A stretch of DNA of 64,000 nt from Raillietiella orientalis (taxonomy: Eukaryota). The position numbers were made by a program, and so were the translations under genes. The DNA is taken from positions 1,550,001 to 1,614,000 of the forward strand of contig JAYWIR010000038.1 of NCBI GenBank assembly GCA_036172245.1, read 5' to 3'. A model generated the notes under the pieces. It was not told the origin of the DNA, did no database searches, and saw nothing but the letters and a program-made list of their open reading frames with translations. Below are positions 1-13,600 of the stretch, one piece after another (positions within the stretch are counted from its first letter, which is position 1; the number at the start of each line of letters is the position of its first letter).

Positions 1-1299
1 GTTGCGGGATCGATTCCGTCGGTCCGACCCTGAAGCATCTTGAGGATGCAGTTCTCCCGGAGACGAGGTGCCAGAGCTGATCGTACTGCAGTCCCCAGTT
101 CAGAAACAGCAGCAACTCAAGGACGAAACACAGAAGTTTCCGGACTCAAAAGGAGGGGACCCTGAGTTCTTCGGGGGGCACACGAAGGAGTTTTCTCGGC
201 CGAAGCAGTCCCTTCGCTTAGGAACGAGGAGCGGCTGTGACCACCATCTCTCTCGTCTTCCAGCCGTCAAAGAGTTTCGTGACTCCTGCAATAACTCAAG
301 GGAAACTCCCACCCTGCCGGTAAGCTACTGTCGTTGTTTGCCCTTAGGGCAGGAGGAAGAGCAAGTGCGGCCGAACGAGTAAGACGCTCATCCTCTGCGC
401 TTACAGCGAGGAGACAGCGACCTTGCACCCAACAGTTAGCACAGGTTGCCTCGCAGTCATGCAATACATTCCATAAGATGGCATCGTAGGCGTTCCCATG
501 AGAACGGAATTTCGCAACCTGAATCTCTTCGATGCAATCTTCGAAAAACAAGGATGAAGAAGACCTAGAAAGCGATGACGGGGATTAAAGATCACTTTAG
601 AGATGAGGACAAGTACAAGGAAAGAAGAAATCAAGAGTCTGATTTGAGGCCCCGGTGGAAGGATCTTTTGTCACTGAGGGTCACTCATGAAAGTCTCTTC
701 GGGACCTTTTTAGCGATCAGATGCTGCCACTGTGCTACTTCTAGGAAAGCAGCGCAGTGACAGTATTTGATTGCTGGGTCACGGTACTCCACGCATGCCT
801 CCGGAAGAGGAGCACCTGAGAAAACCGTCGCGTGATTCTGGGAACAGATTTTTCTGGGTTCAAAAGCACTTCGTCTCCAAGTGGGTTAGACACTGAAAGG
901 AACTAAAGTGGTGTCTTGCGGAGAAGGCATGGAGAGTTCTCGAAAATGCAGCAACCAAACGCCAGCAGCCCGGAACCATCTTGAGCATCTCTAGCGCTGG
1001 TTCTCCGTTCTCCACCCACTTGGAAGCACCAGCTTGCATTCTCAGTATCTTTGGAAGATTTCTGGAAGTGCTTTGGTTTGTTGTCTTTTTTTTTCTTTCA
1101 AACTGACTGATGGGTGATTATCGCCGGTGTTATATTCGACTACTGCTCGCCTTGTCTGTTGATGTCTAAAACAGATTCCTTCAAGAAGGAAGATTCTGGA
1201 AGAAATTTGGCAGATTCCCGTTCGATCTTTTCCTTTCAGCAGACAAGTAGAGAAATTCACTTCATCGGCGGGATACCTAGCTGATTATCCACAGGAAGC

Positions 1300-3560
1300 T
1301 CTGAGAAACCATCAAAGCGTGAGAAATGCGAAACCAGCCGACCATCGGCAAATGGAATAAGAGCGTCTTGCAGCATCCGTCCGTTCTCTTCGACGCTTTC
1401 TGCCTCGCGCACCGAAAACCGCTGCTGTCTCGTCCCAGGAAGCCGAAGAACTGCCCCGCGATGTGGCTCGGGATTTTGCCGCCTATGACCCTCCTATTCC
1501 TCCTCTATTCATCTGTCCCAAATCTGCTGGATTGTTTGCTTCCCCTTTCCAGCAGACACGATGCAACCAAGGCATCTCCGAGTTGCTCTTCCTCAAAAGC
1601 CACCATTCGAATGTCGGGAATCCACCTCTTTCTCTGGAACGTTTTCCCATTCCTGAAACTCACTTTCAATCTTCCATCTCTCGAATTGGTCCTCCTCTAT
1701 TTCTGTTTCTCCAAGTGACAGAGAAAAGTAACGAGAAAGCATCCACAGTGAGGGATGAGCACTCTTCTCTTTCTGCTTCCCCCTTAGTAGTGATGATGCA
1801 AGACACAACAACTGAATTCCCGTATTTATTTGATCATGGGGTCAACGGATGAGTGGGATGCATCCAAGATGATCTTAGAGTGGGATAATGAGCAGAAAGT
1901 CGATTCAAGGACAGGATGCCTAATGGAGGTTGTAGGCAGATGTCAACCGACAACCGGTTGGCTGTGGCATCCAGCGTTTCCATGGCATCGGGCGCATCGC
2001 TACCGAGGTATCCAAAGGGTCCTTTTTCGCGATGAAACTCGGCTAGAAAGAACGAATGAGCTCGTCAGAGCTCTCCGTGCTCCCGAGAAAGAGTTTTCCA
2101 GGTCTTCCAGACGTCGAATTTCTTGCTAAACTTCAGGGCTCGATGCCTGCAGAAGCGTTCGCGCCTTTGTGGTCCCTTAAAGGGAGTTTTCTCGTTGGCT
2201 GTAGTCGCGCTGCAGCTCGACTTCTTGGATAAGGACTCCGAAGCAAAAAGTGGTGACGGCATCAAAAACTTTCGACGTTTTCGGAGAAAGGCTAATCAGA
2301 CATCATCCAAATCATCAATGAAGTTTTCCACAAAAATCTGATGCTTCCTCTGAAGTGAAAGTGCAGATCGGAGAAGCAAAAAATCACGACCACGCCAATG
2401 GATGTGATGACTTTGTTTTTGTCCTGTTTTTTCACCCGTGAAGATCATTCTCAGATGGAAATTCACCAAGTGTAAATTTTGCTCTTCGTGAACCCCTGGT
2501 TAGGACACCAGCTGATAATCTCCAAAAGAATGTTGCCGTTTAAGGATCGTCGAAATTCCGGAACAGTTTCTGTTTCTTCACTTCCTGGAACATCCCATCA
2601 TTTTAATTATTAGAATTGCAATGTATTGATGGAAGAAGAATTTTACCACTACCATAGTACTAAAATAGATGATGCTAGCGATCTTGCAATATGTTCTCAG
2701 TACTCCAGTTCAGTGCATCTGGCGTTTGGCTTGAAGGTTTCGAGCATTTGGATGCAGATGCACTCATCAGTAAAAGTTGCTCTCATCGCAATTGCAAGAG
2801 TGCTGCTTCGACTCTCGCAAGCGGCACTCATGATTTCATGAGGTCCAGAGTGACTACCTGGCTCTCCCAAACTTCCCCTCAAGCTGATGAAATGCTTTTT
2901 CTACTTCCTTCGGTCATCTCTTCCCTGCACTCCCAAAATCCTTCAGAGCAGTCATCCGCAAGACGCAATCGATTGGAATCCCGGTCCGATTTTAGTTGAT
3001 GCTGAGGCTCTCAAGAATCTCCGCCTGCAGTGAATCTTTCCTCGTTTGCAAATCAGGGTGATTGAAAAAGGAGGAGGAAGTGAATTCCAACCAAAGGTCC
3101 GTTCTTCCTTCCTTCCATGAACCCTGAAGTGGGCCCATCGTGCTCTCAGAAAGGTACTGTCACAAAACTTCATACTTCGTTCCAAATGCTCTGCAAAAAG
3201 TGGTTAAGATGGGGCCACGATTAAACTTTGTAAAAGCCAACCACCGGAGTGAACTAAAGAGATTTCTAAACCATCGAAAAGAAAAAAAGTCTTTCCAGAA
3301 GACGATGCAGAACTTAGGAGTGCGTTTCTTTGGATCCAATTTCGCGACTTTGTCTCCTGATATCCGTCAGCTCATCGACGAGCTTTCTTGTGGAGCCTCA
3401 TCTGGATTCGCTTCGAAGTACCTCTTGTGCTCATCATTTTTCCCTGTCCAAACGGAACGTGGAAGAGCACACGCTGGAAGATCTTATCGAAGAGAATTCC
3501 CTACCCAGTTCTTCTTGGAAACCACTGCGTACCTTCAATGGAGAGTGAGATGATGCATCG
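1300..3560 (+). mobile_element. Possible degenerate RT relic
   Basis: EQKVDSRTGCLME (for QKGF..GCxE) and weak neighbouring motifs only. Confidence 0.3.
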
Positions 3561-3955
3561 GCGCTCAAATCTGTGAGGGTGGAGAAGACTCAAGAATCCC
3601 TAGGACTACATGCTGCTGGTGAGCAGCTGGAGGACACGCACGTGTGACGCTGTTACCCTATGAAGAAACCAGCAAGGATGGCACACGCATGTTCAGAGAT
3701 TTCTCCCAGGGAAAGCAAACTGAACTCCTGCAAAGCTACGCGGGATTCCACCTCCCACTACGATTCGGGCGTCCTTTCCTGCTCTTGATTGCATTCGCAT
3801 CTGAGTATCCCAGTGACTGGCCCTTTTATTCTTGCTCCAAATAAATCCTAAAAGTAAGGGAGGACGAGTTGTTGCTGTGACAATGTTACGCGGCAGATTT
3901 TTTTATTTTTATTTTTTTCCTATTTGCGCGGGTGCTCTGGGCGCGCAATCCCCCG

Positions 3956-4217
3956 GAACGAGGAAGTATATCACCGCGAACTACCTCAAGGGTGCCCTCT
4001 GCGTGGTGGTGGCAATCCTGCCTGCACGTGCTCTCGGCATGCGGAAGCTGGCGCCGGAGATAGGAACGAATCGCCGAGGCTCTCCGGCTCTCCTGTGGTG
4101 CCGCCCCACAGGACCTACATGAAAGGATGCTCCCTCTTCCAGGCTCCTCCAGCCGCTGTCTCCTCCCTGACGATCCTGCACCACGTGAGAGCAGCGGTGG
4201 ACGCCAGAATGGAAGAA
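3956..4217 (+). repeat. ~260 bp dispersed repeat, copy 1 (copy 2 inverted at 35080-35335)
   Basis: Both copies translate HRELPQ.C.LRGGGN.ACTCSRH...SVVPPHRTYMK.CSL.QA.P...VRAAV.ARME. Confidence 0.9.
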
Positions 4218-5949
4218 GGGCGTGGTCGCCAGCCCGCGCAGCTGCTTGCGGCGGCCGTCGCTGACACGCGAACGGCGACGAAATGGATCAATCCGGGATG
4301 TGAAGGTGAAAGGGAGTTTTCGGACGATCGTGAGTGCAGACTGACCGATGGCGGGTACCTCAGTGCCCCCTTCCGTCCCTTCCCGAGACCAGCTCCCAGG
4401 AATAACGTCGCTCATCTCGATGCAGGCTGATCTCAGTTCCTACTTTTTTTTTCTTTTTTTTTTTCAATGACCACCGAACCTCCCTCTTTACCCTCTGCCC
4501 CTCCTAGTCGTGTCCCCAGAGAAGCCAGTTCCTTTGGTTTTAGCCCGGCCCTTCTCACCCTGAACGGATTTTGTTTATTTATTTCAAGTAGATAGGCCAG
4601 CAACCTTTGGATGGAAAGGAACTCTCGTTCTCAGTCTCACCTTCTCGTCTCTGCAGCCTCACCGTCGAAGAGGGTGCCGCACAGATAGGAATGCCGCTGT
4701 CATCCTTATCCCGTTGTCAGTGTTCCCGTGCTTCGATCTTCCCATGTTGTCTGTAAGAAGGATTGCATGAGAAGCTGCGCGAAAGCTGCCTTGTGAGTCG
4801 TATCTTTTGACCCGTGACCTCTAATGGTGGCTCTTTGTTTCCTTCCATTGCTGAAATTCCGATTTCGTGCCGTCCTGCCTCGTTCTGCAGCTGCGAAGGG
4901 ACAGTTCCCTTAGTTGAGGTTTCTTCACTCCATAGGGAAACAAGAACCCGTTTCTGCACTCCCGCTTTCCCCCGCTTTCGGACACTTTCATCTCGGCATT
5001 TTCACGTGCTTCTATCACACGAAAGCTGACGAAGACCCTAAAAAAGAGAGACCCTCTACTAGATCCGACTGGGAACCACTTGGGATCCAAGACGAAGCCG
5101 GCATCGCATTTTCGTGACTTCAGAAGCGCAGGAAGAATTATTCCTGAACGAAGAATCCGACAGGAGCTTCCAGTCGCGCGCGACTCCACGCGGATCTCGC
5201 TGACGCGTTTGGGTGGTCGGCTTTTGTCTTGCTCTAACAGGTGGCTGCTTGCGAGCTTTTTCCACCGTTGCGAAAGAGAAACAAGCAGATCCCGGGCAAC
5301 CGCCCGCGGCGCGGTTCCACGTTCGCTGACGCTGCAAGGGAAAAGCTGAAACTTGCACCCATGTCGTTCCCTTGCCCACTGTCCTTCTCCGATGACTCCA
5401 CTAGCAGCGAGGAGCAGCAAAAGTCCGCGGACACGTTCGTTACGTAACGCCTAGCCATAAAAAGCAATAAAATTGGATTCCAAAATCTTTGTTTCTGCAC
5501 TGCAGCTCTGCTGACTGACTGACCCCTAGCAGTTTACATACATCCTTTGCTGCGCCCCTTTTGCCCTTTTGTGGGGTTTTCGAAACTGTCGCCAAGAATA
5601 TCAATACCGCTGATCCCACCGTGCTTTCTGTCGTATTCCTCAAGCTGATAAATTCTTAGGCAGGCTGCTCAAAGGCTCGCGGCCATCAGAGATGACAAGC
5701 ACATGTCAGAAACAGTCGCTGGCTACGGTCATCTTCGCGAAAGATCACTCCGTGTAAAATATCTCTAAGGTCGGAAGCGAGATCGGAAGCGCTTTCCGCT
5801 TCGAGTTTTCCTTGAAGATCCATTGAATTTCCTGAAGGTGTCTGCCATGCATAACGCGATTTGGCGATTGCAGTGAAAGTCAGGAGGTTACTGCCATAGG
5901 GATCCAGCTTTGATGGAGATGCGAACGAATGGAGTTGGGAACGGAGACA

Positions 5950-8204
5950 TGTCCAGGCGTGTGCAGAGCTATCAATCAAATGAAATGGGTTTCGTCTTTA
6001 AGAAACAATAAAAACACCGGTTCTCAGATAGAATTTTCAGGGTCAGATAAGGATCTGTGATCCAGGATCTTAGAAGAGCCAAAGACTCGATGCAAGCTTT
6101 GCTGTTTTCCAGGTGAACAGATGGTCATAAAAGTAATTTTCAAGGATGATGCCCGTACACAGAACAGGCCATGCAGTGCACATTCTGGACTGGATAGAGC
6201 AAATCACGTGACTCGAGGAATATCTTCGCTTTCGGATAGGAAGAGTGGCCTTGAAGAACTGAGATTCTCCAGACTTTCTACAAGCGGATGCACGAGAGCC
6301 ATTCTCCACTTTAGTCACCAGACATGGAAGCAGGAAGCATGCTCCCAGACTCCTGCATTCATTCCCCTGACAACACAGGAATTTCCGTCATGCTTCAGCT
6401 CCAGGCGTAGCAGAGGTGTCTATTTAACTAAGTGGACTTTCCTCGAAGCAGCATCCGTGTTGTGGACGAGCGACTGTAGAAAGATTAGCCCTAGTCCACT
6501 TGGCATTCGCTTCGCCCAAGAGGAAGCTACAGGGAACGCCTGCTGCTCCGTGCTGCAGCTTAGCATGACGACTGAGATGTCTTCGGTGCTTTTGAGAAAC
6601 GTGAACCTGTGGCTCAGTGAGCTCTCTGGACTGTGGGACCTCGGTCGCCTGTACTCTTGAGAGGGAAAGCGAAAAAATCCACCTCCGAAGAAGCGAAGCG
6701 TGCTGCTCCCGATCAACACCATGGAAGAAGACCTGCTCTTTGTGCATTGCCAATGTGTGATGTGCTTTAGCAAAAGGACGTTCTTGCAGCTATCCCTTCC
6801 TTGAGCTGACTTTGAAAAAAGAAATAGAAAAAAAGGCACATTCCACCATCTGCGGATAACTGTTGGAATGACCGTGAGATGCAGGCACAGAGGCTGACGG
6901 GCATCCACAAGCTCTCACCGTCGTCCTGTCTGTTTCTTGCTCTCGGTCAGAAGGAGCAGATGGCTGAATCGATAGGGAAAGCCTGCAAAGGAACTCTGCT
7001 TTCTTGCACAGCCACTGAGTCCCTTGAAAGCTCAGCAGCGACCAACTGCGCGTGAAGTCTGCAGTTGGCCCAGTACGCTGATCCGAAAAAGGATGCACTG
7101 CAATGTGATCAAAATAAATACGCATAGTCGCACAAAGGCTGCCACTTTCCAACTGATCTGCGCCTGGTGATTGGATGGAAGATGCACTTAGTGACTCCGT
7201 CAAATGATATCCTTGTACTCCGACAGCATTCGATTTCAAATAGCTTGACGGGGACCAATTCGAAATTTCAATAGATTCTTTCTTTCCTTCCTGTAACCAT
7301 CACTGCAAATGTGAGTGAAATGCAGCGTGCGTAATGATGCAGCATTGCGGCGGCCGTGCTGCTTGCAGAGATCTCTGTCGGAATCATGGCGTCCAGTCGT
7401 GTAGCTGGACAGCAAGCAGCACCCACAGAAAATTCGAATTCACTCAGGGTTTTGTTGTTGTTGCTTTTCTTTCGCACCTTGGAAAAGAAGGTGCAAATAA
7501 TCCGACAATTGTACCCAAGAAGTTGCACTGCCGTCTTTAGATGGATTACCGCACCTTCCATTTGCAGCGTTAGAAAAAAAAAGCAAATTCTAAAAAAACG
7601 GAATTCTTTGAACTCGGTGCTTGCCTTTCTTCCCCTCGGGGCAATGCGACCATCTATGCAAACCTCATGCTCACTGCAGACTACAGGAACAAAATCAGGA
7701 ATGAAGAACACTTAAATGGAAGCAGAGGAAGATTCTCACCAGCGTCAATATGCCGAAGAGTCTACTTGAATGCTGCTTTTCATTTGATGGCGCTGATGAA
7801 CAGTTCATCTCTTTGAGGTGCTTCACGATTCGTTTAGAAAGCGAGCGTCATCCGGACTCCAAGGAGTGGACTTTGCAGATCCTTCGTATTGCTCTTAGAA
7901 TGACCAGATCCACAGTAGTCAGTGATGCAACGCATGGCTTACTGACATGCATAGCTATCGACAAGAAACGGGTTGATTTGTTTCCTCGGCGAAAAGGATG
8001 GCCAAACATTTTTTGCTTTGCTACCTGTGAGGCAAGAGATCCAAGACCAAGCAGCCAGCACAGTCTTTAACGGATTATTTTCTCAATATGGAGAATCACG
8101 ATGCGTCCAGAAATGCAGCGACCCTTAGGGATGAAACCTGCCTTGGTGCTGTTGGAGAAAACTCTCGCAATAGCGCCAAGGAAAAGGAAACTGAAAAGAT
8201 GGAG

Positions 8205-8237
<33 letters not shown>

Positions 8238-8460
8238 CCTGTCAGGGTCCTTCCTCTGTTCGAGAAGCTGAAGACGAATCGCGAGGCTTCGAACAGCTGA
8301 TCGGAACAATGGGCTGCAGCCAAAGATGTGGAGCCGCGTGTTTACATGCTTGCTTCTTTTCAGCATCGACTTTTCCGACGCGCAGCTTCCCATTTCGTGA
8401 TGTCCTTGTGGTAAAATGGCTCCGTCTTCTCCTCGAACCAAGAGCTCGCCATTCAAACCT
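5950..8460 (-). mobile_element. Degenerate Utopia/NeSL-like retrotransposon
   Basis: In order: RKDPDRP, KAGFIPKGRC, HYARCISL, RKVHLVK (for RFIHRAR), HVICSIQSR (for DVTCPFENR) and VFGSLRSW (one indel). Confidence 0.55.
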
Positions 8461-9576
8461 CTGCGAGCAGAAGAATTCCCTTATAAAAATAAGTGGATGT
8501 AAACAGAAGGATAAAAAATCGGATGCTTTCGAAAACGAAGAGTGGAGAGACTCTTCGTTTTCGCAGGCGTTTCTTCGAGGAATCCGTGCACTTACAGAAA
8601 CCAAACAAGTTTTTTCTTTTCCTTCTGCCAAACAGCCACCTACTCAGAGATTTGGTGGCCGGATTGCTTACTGGGCAGGGAAATCGCGGCATATCGGTGT
8701 AAATCAACTGTGCATCCTTCCCAAGTCCCACCGTCTCCGGAACAGACCTCCAGCGCACCTTTTCGTTCACTTCCTGCCCGTTTCAGTTCCCCTCAGTTTC
8801 AGTTTCCGACACAGATGGGTTCTCGGAGGCATTGCCATCCATCAATGCCTGACGGTTTCTTGTATTTATTTATGCATTTTTTGAACGCTCCCTCACTTTT
8901 TCTAGGTACTGTATTTTTCTCCACCTCCGTCTGTTGCCTCCCTCTCACCTCGCTGAGCAGGTTCCACTCCCGGAAAGACGTGGGTTGGATTGGGACCGCA
9001 ACGTGCGGATGCGACTTTTTCTGGTATGGGAGTTTCGACAGTCTCTCCTTTCTTGAGAACTAGTTTGCCCTGCCATCGACAACTGATAACAACACTGGAA
9101 AGAAGGAAGACGGTGCAATTATCTTCCTTATCGTATGGACGGCATCTGCGCAATTTATCGGCAATGATTGTGCTGAAAAGCCCACTCAAGGATAAATCAC
9201 ACAGATGCTTTCACATTGTTCTTCGACTCCCGCGTTCGTCTAAACTAGAAGGAAGACTCGTGTTGGTGACACAGCCTGCTTGCGTGGGTTCTGGGCAAAG
9301 AAATACACGCGCGGGCGGATGTCTGAGCAGTTTTCTGAGAGGGCAAGCGTCCTCATCCACTGAGCCACATCTCAGCGACATCTCGCTTGCCATCAACCGC
9401 GAGATCACCACATACTTCCTGCTCGCTGCCGTCTTCCTGCAGTCCTTTCGTGCTCTCCCTTTGGTCAACTGCAAGCGCTCTCTGTGTTCCTATGGAAACG
9501 TGGCAATCAGGAAACCTGCCTCCCGCAAAAAATGTTGATGAATCTACCGAATGATGGATACCCTGCTGCCTTCACA

Positions 9577-9600
9577 TTAATAATAATAATAATAATAATA
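9577..9600. repeat. (TAA)n microsatellite
   Basis: ttaataataataataataataata. Confidence 0.9.
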
Positions 9601-9601
9601 C

Positions 9602-10491
9602 CAGTGCGCTTTCGATATAGTCACGTTTGCTGGAATCGGGATTTTTAAAATGCTGCCTTTGTAGAATGTTGTTGATTGTATCGAGATGGGTAGTCGAAGT
9701 TGAAAAAAAAAATAAAAATAATTTTGGATAAAGAAATAAAGGAAACCAAACTGTTGAACCTCAGAAGCAAATGAACAAATCAAATGAACAAATTTAGTGA
9801 CCTTACAAAAGTGAAAATAATGATAGTGTATGGTAAGTAACGATGAGACGATGTAGAATTTTATTCAGACTTCTTCACGAATTGCTTTTTCCCGTAGTCT
9901 TCCCAGGAGGAGGACATCACGAACAGGAAGGCGGGCACTTTCTGACCACTCAGTGGCTAAATTGAAAGAGTGTCAATATCGAATTTTTGATCATTCTCAC
10001 TCCCATCCCAATTCTCTTCTGCATGCTCCATAGGAGCTTTCACCATGGTATCCAGATCATGAAGCGTGATTTCATTCGTTTTCATCTTCCGCCCATTCCG
10101 CCCATAACCTCAGAGTCACTTGCTACATCCTCTCCTATCATGGAATTGAACAGTGTTGCAATGCGTGTGTCATCTTCATCAGCGAGACAGCCGATCGGTA
10201 AATTCCACTGGATCTCTTGAGCTGGCGAATACAGCCGCTCAGATTGCATGTAAATTCATGTTGCATGCAAATCTCAAACGCATCACTTTTACCTTCGTTT
10301 CATTCTCGATTCCACGTAAAATATCCAACTTTTGCGGAACAGCTGATGATTTTTTCTCTTATTTTTTCCCATCTTCAGCGCGGTCGAAAAAAAGTTCCTT
10401 TTGTCGAGTGGCAGAAGACTTAAAGTGTTGACTGCACCAAAGGTTGCTCGTGTCGAAAGTTACCGAAGGTGACTCCGTCGAGCGCGCGCTT
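9602..10491 (-). mobile_element. pogo/Tigger-like DNA transposon relic
   Basis: Minus-strand QKLDILRGIENETKVKVMRLRF (HTH_psq-like) and WSESARLPV..LREKA (CENP-B HTH-like). Candidate TIR CAGTGCGCTTTCGATATAGTCAC at 9602, next to a (TAA)n tract, with a degenerate partner at 10469-10491. Confidence 0.5.
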
Positions 10492-11349
10492 CGATGATAA
10501 TTCTGCGGAAGTGCGCAAAGAACGAACGCGCAAGTGGGAGATGAAACAAACGAACAAGAAAAAAAAAAGAAGAAGAAGAAGAGGAAAACAGCACTTTTGT
10601 TTTCCCGATCACGTGCAGCCTGCTGACCACACACACGGGCGTACGGCATGGTGTACGATTCAGTTGCATAGTAGTTGGCGCGATGGGGCCTACCACCCGA
10701 CCCGCGTGCTGGTGCAGGGAAACACGCGTTGGGGTTCGGGTGGCAGTGCACCGACGGCCGTGTTTCGCGTTTTCTAGGGACCTCCCTCGATGCGCAGTCA
10801 TTGCAGCTCGGGAAGAGTCGCGTGTATCCCGGTTGCTGCTCACGCGGCAGTGAAATCTCTGGGAAGGTGAGTCGCTTGCCAACGTCTCCTTGGAGCGGCC
10901 GGGGCTCCGTACGCTGCAGATCCGGCAGCTCTCCCCCTCGCAAATGAAGCCGAAGGTGACCAACTGAAATAAAAAAAAAAAAATCTCCGCTCCCTTTCCC
11001 GCGTTTACCGACAGCCCTTCCACTTTCTGCTGGATTTATTGTCCAAGAAGGGTGACCCACGTGACCACCAAGAGGGGGAGCCTCGAGCGAGAGTATTGAA
11101 AAGTAAGCAAGGAAGGAGGTAAACATCCTAATGAATCACCAGGGAGGCGATGCTCTTCCTGTAAAATGGAGCTCTATGCTGGATGGCAGGTTTCCTCCTT
11201 CCGCACCCTCCCTTTCGCACCCGAGGGGACTCGGCGTTACGGTCAAGCGAGCGATCTCCTGAGAGGATTGCGCGCGCGGATCAAGGTTTCGTCTCACGAT
11301 GGCAATGTTAATGGGCTGTCGGAAGATGGGCGCCGTGTCAGCGTCGTAT

Positions 11350-13600
11350 GATTTATTCCAGCATCCCGAAAAAATGCAGCCGGCAGCCGGAGCAGTTGAT
11401 TGCGTTCGACTCGCTTCTTAGCCTCGTCTTCTTTGCCGATAGAGAACGAGGCGATGGCAGGCTTTTCCTACGATGGCCGGACTCCACCGTGAAAGGCCAC
11501 CCCGCCCCTTGTGCGCTGCCTCCTGCCTTCATTTCCTTTCTCTCTGGAGTGCGAAACACGGATAGATGCCCTGGAGAGCGCGGAGGATCATCGGAGGATG
11601 CATCGCTGTTACCAAGGAACGTCGGTCTATACAAGCGGACGAGTGGGAGGTGACCGCCTACGAGCTTTCTTCCAGGGCAGCCGGACGAAACCCCTCATGA
11701 CCCTGTGCACAGGGGAGGGAAAGGATGTCCAGTTGTATCCAGAAAACCAAGCATTTGCTTTGCAGGGCCAGTCCAGGTTCCAGGATCATGGAAAAGAAAG
11801 GGTTGGCTTCCTTGCTTCGAGCAGCTGAGCAATTGGGCCAATGGAAATTGAAAGAAGGGAACGACAGGCTACAAGAGGGGGAAAAAAGCATATACCTGGG
11901 ATGTATCCTTTCTGATGCAATCGCAATGTAGTGAAGCCCTTGAGGCTGTCACCCGGAGACATGCGATTCTCTTCTCAAACGACGGCTCTCCTCTTCCCAT
12001 TGAGCAACTACTGGAAGTAAATGGCTCATTTTCCCACCTGAAGAAATGGCTTGGCAGTTTGCCAACAGGCACACCTAAGAGTCGTGGATCCATCAGGTGA
12101 TGGTCAAGACTCTGGAATGAGATCCTCACGTCTGTGGCCATCGCTGGATCCTCCTTTAAGTCGCTGAGGACTCCGCACGAAGGCAAGCTTTTAGGGAAAC
12201 GAAAAGAAACAAGCAGACAAACTGGGACATCCATCTGACGAGGACTTTTCGAATTGGAGGAGGAGAAGGAGGAGGAATGAGCCACAGATTTCTCAGATCG
12301 AAGGACACAGAAGCACGGAGGAAGGTGAGGAGGATGGCGATGAAGAAACGGTCGGGGGGTGGGGACTCGCAAGTTTCACCTTTCGCCCGCCCTGCGGCCT
12401 GCATGTGATGCAGGCAGCGTTCCCCTGCATTCGTTGCTGCAGACAAGGCCGTTTCGCCTCATCCCTCATCACCATTCCATCCTTGCTGGCACATCTGCGT
12501 GCACCGCGAACCTACCATCCTCCTTGTGCACTACGGGATTGAGCGATCGGGGAGGAAGGAGAAAATCCGTCACCCGTGAAGCAGAGCCGCAGATCCTCTC
12601 TCAGCGTCTCTTCAGAGAGGAGCAGGACAGAGGCCGAGGAGCTTCCAAACACCTCAAAGGGCACTACTGACTACTTAACGAGGGATTGGGAAAACGGCGT
12701 CGAACCCACAACGCTCTGATCCACGGTGTTATTGAGAAGAGTGCCGCTGCTTTGGTCAGCATGAGAAAGCTCGACTTCTCTCGATGGATGACAGAATTCT
12801 CAAGAAAGCAGGGGAACAGCAGACACTGTAGCGGTTTCACGCGGTGGCTGACTGCGCAGGTGGCTCAGCGTGATGCGGACTGCCACAAAGAGTAAGGAGC
12901 ACTGCTTACCATCTCCGAAGCTCTGTGCTCACTCGGAAGCAACTCCAGCTCCATCCGGACCACTTTCGGTCCCACATCCTACTTCTCTGAACCTTCCTTA
13001 ACCTAGAAAGCTCAAATTTTGCGTGCTCGAGAATTCTTTACACGACATGCTGGCACAAAAACGGTCTCTGCTGCAGTTTTCTTTTCGATTCTTCCTGCTT
13101 CTGTTTTCTTGTGCTTGCACCAAGTGACTCGGGTTGAGTGCCTCCTGTCTTTCGGTACTTTTCCTCTAGGAGTCTGTACTGAAGACCGCACATCTGGCAG
13201 CCCTGGTGCAAACGTACCTGCCGTCGGCATCCAAGAAACCTGGGTCGTGTGCTGTTGCTTGGGGCGAATGCTTAAAAACTGATAGCAAGAAGAAAATGCC
13301 AAAACAGTCCATTCTCTCTGGGATAGGACTGCACCACATTTGCTGCCACTGCCAGCATCACGAGAAACGTTTGATGAAAGTCGATGCTCTCGTGAGGGTC
13401 AAGACAGTCTTTTCCGCTTTCGAACCCGTACTGTTCTTTTAATCGAAGAACACAGCAGCTGGAGCGAACATCTGGATGCAGCCGAGACACTCGTACTCCC
13501 AACCCTTAATGGTGACACTTCAGCGGATTCCGGAACGTTTGCATCTGGGACGCACCCATCGAAGATTGCGAAAGGTCAAGCCTGAGGTGTGGAGACCGGT
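11350..13600 (+). mobile_element. Degenerate RLE retrotransposon
   Basis: In order: IAFDSL, EGEKSIYLG, SPLPIEQLL, SRKQGN, HQVTRVECL (for HRARLNxL) and GIQETW..C. Confidence 0.55.
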
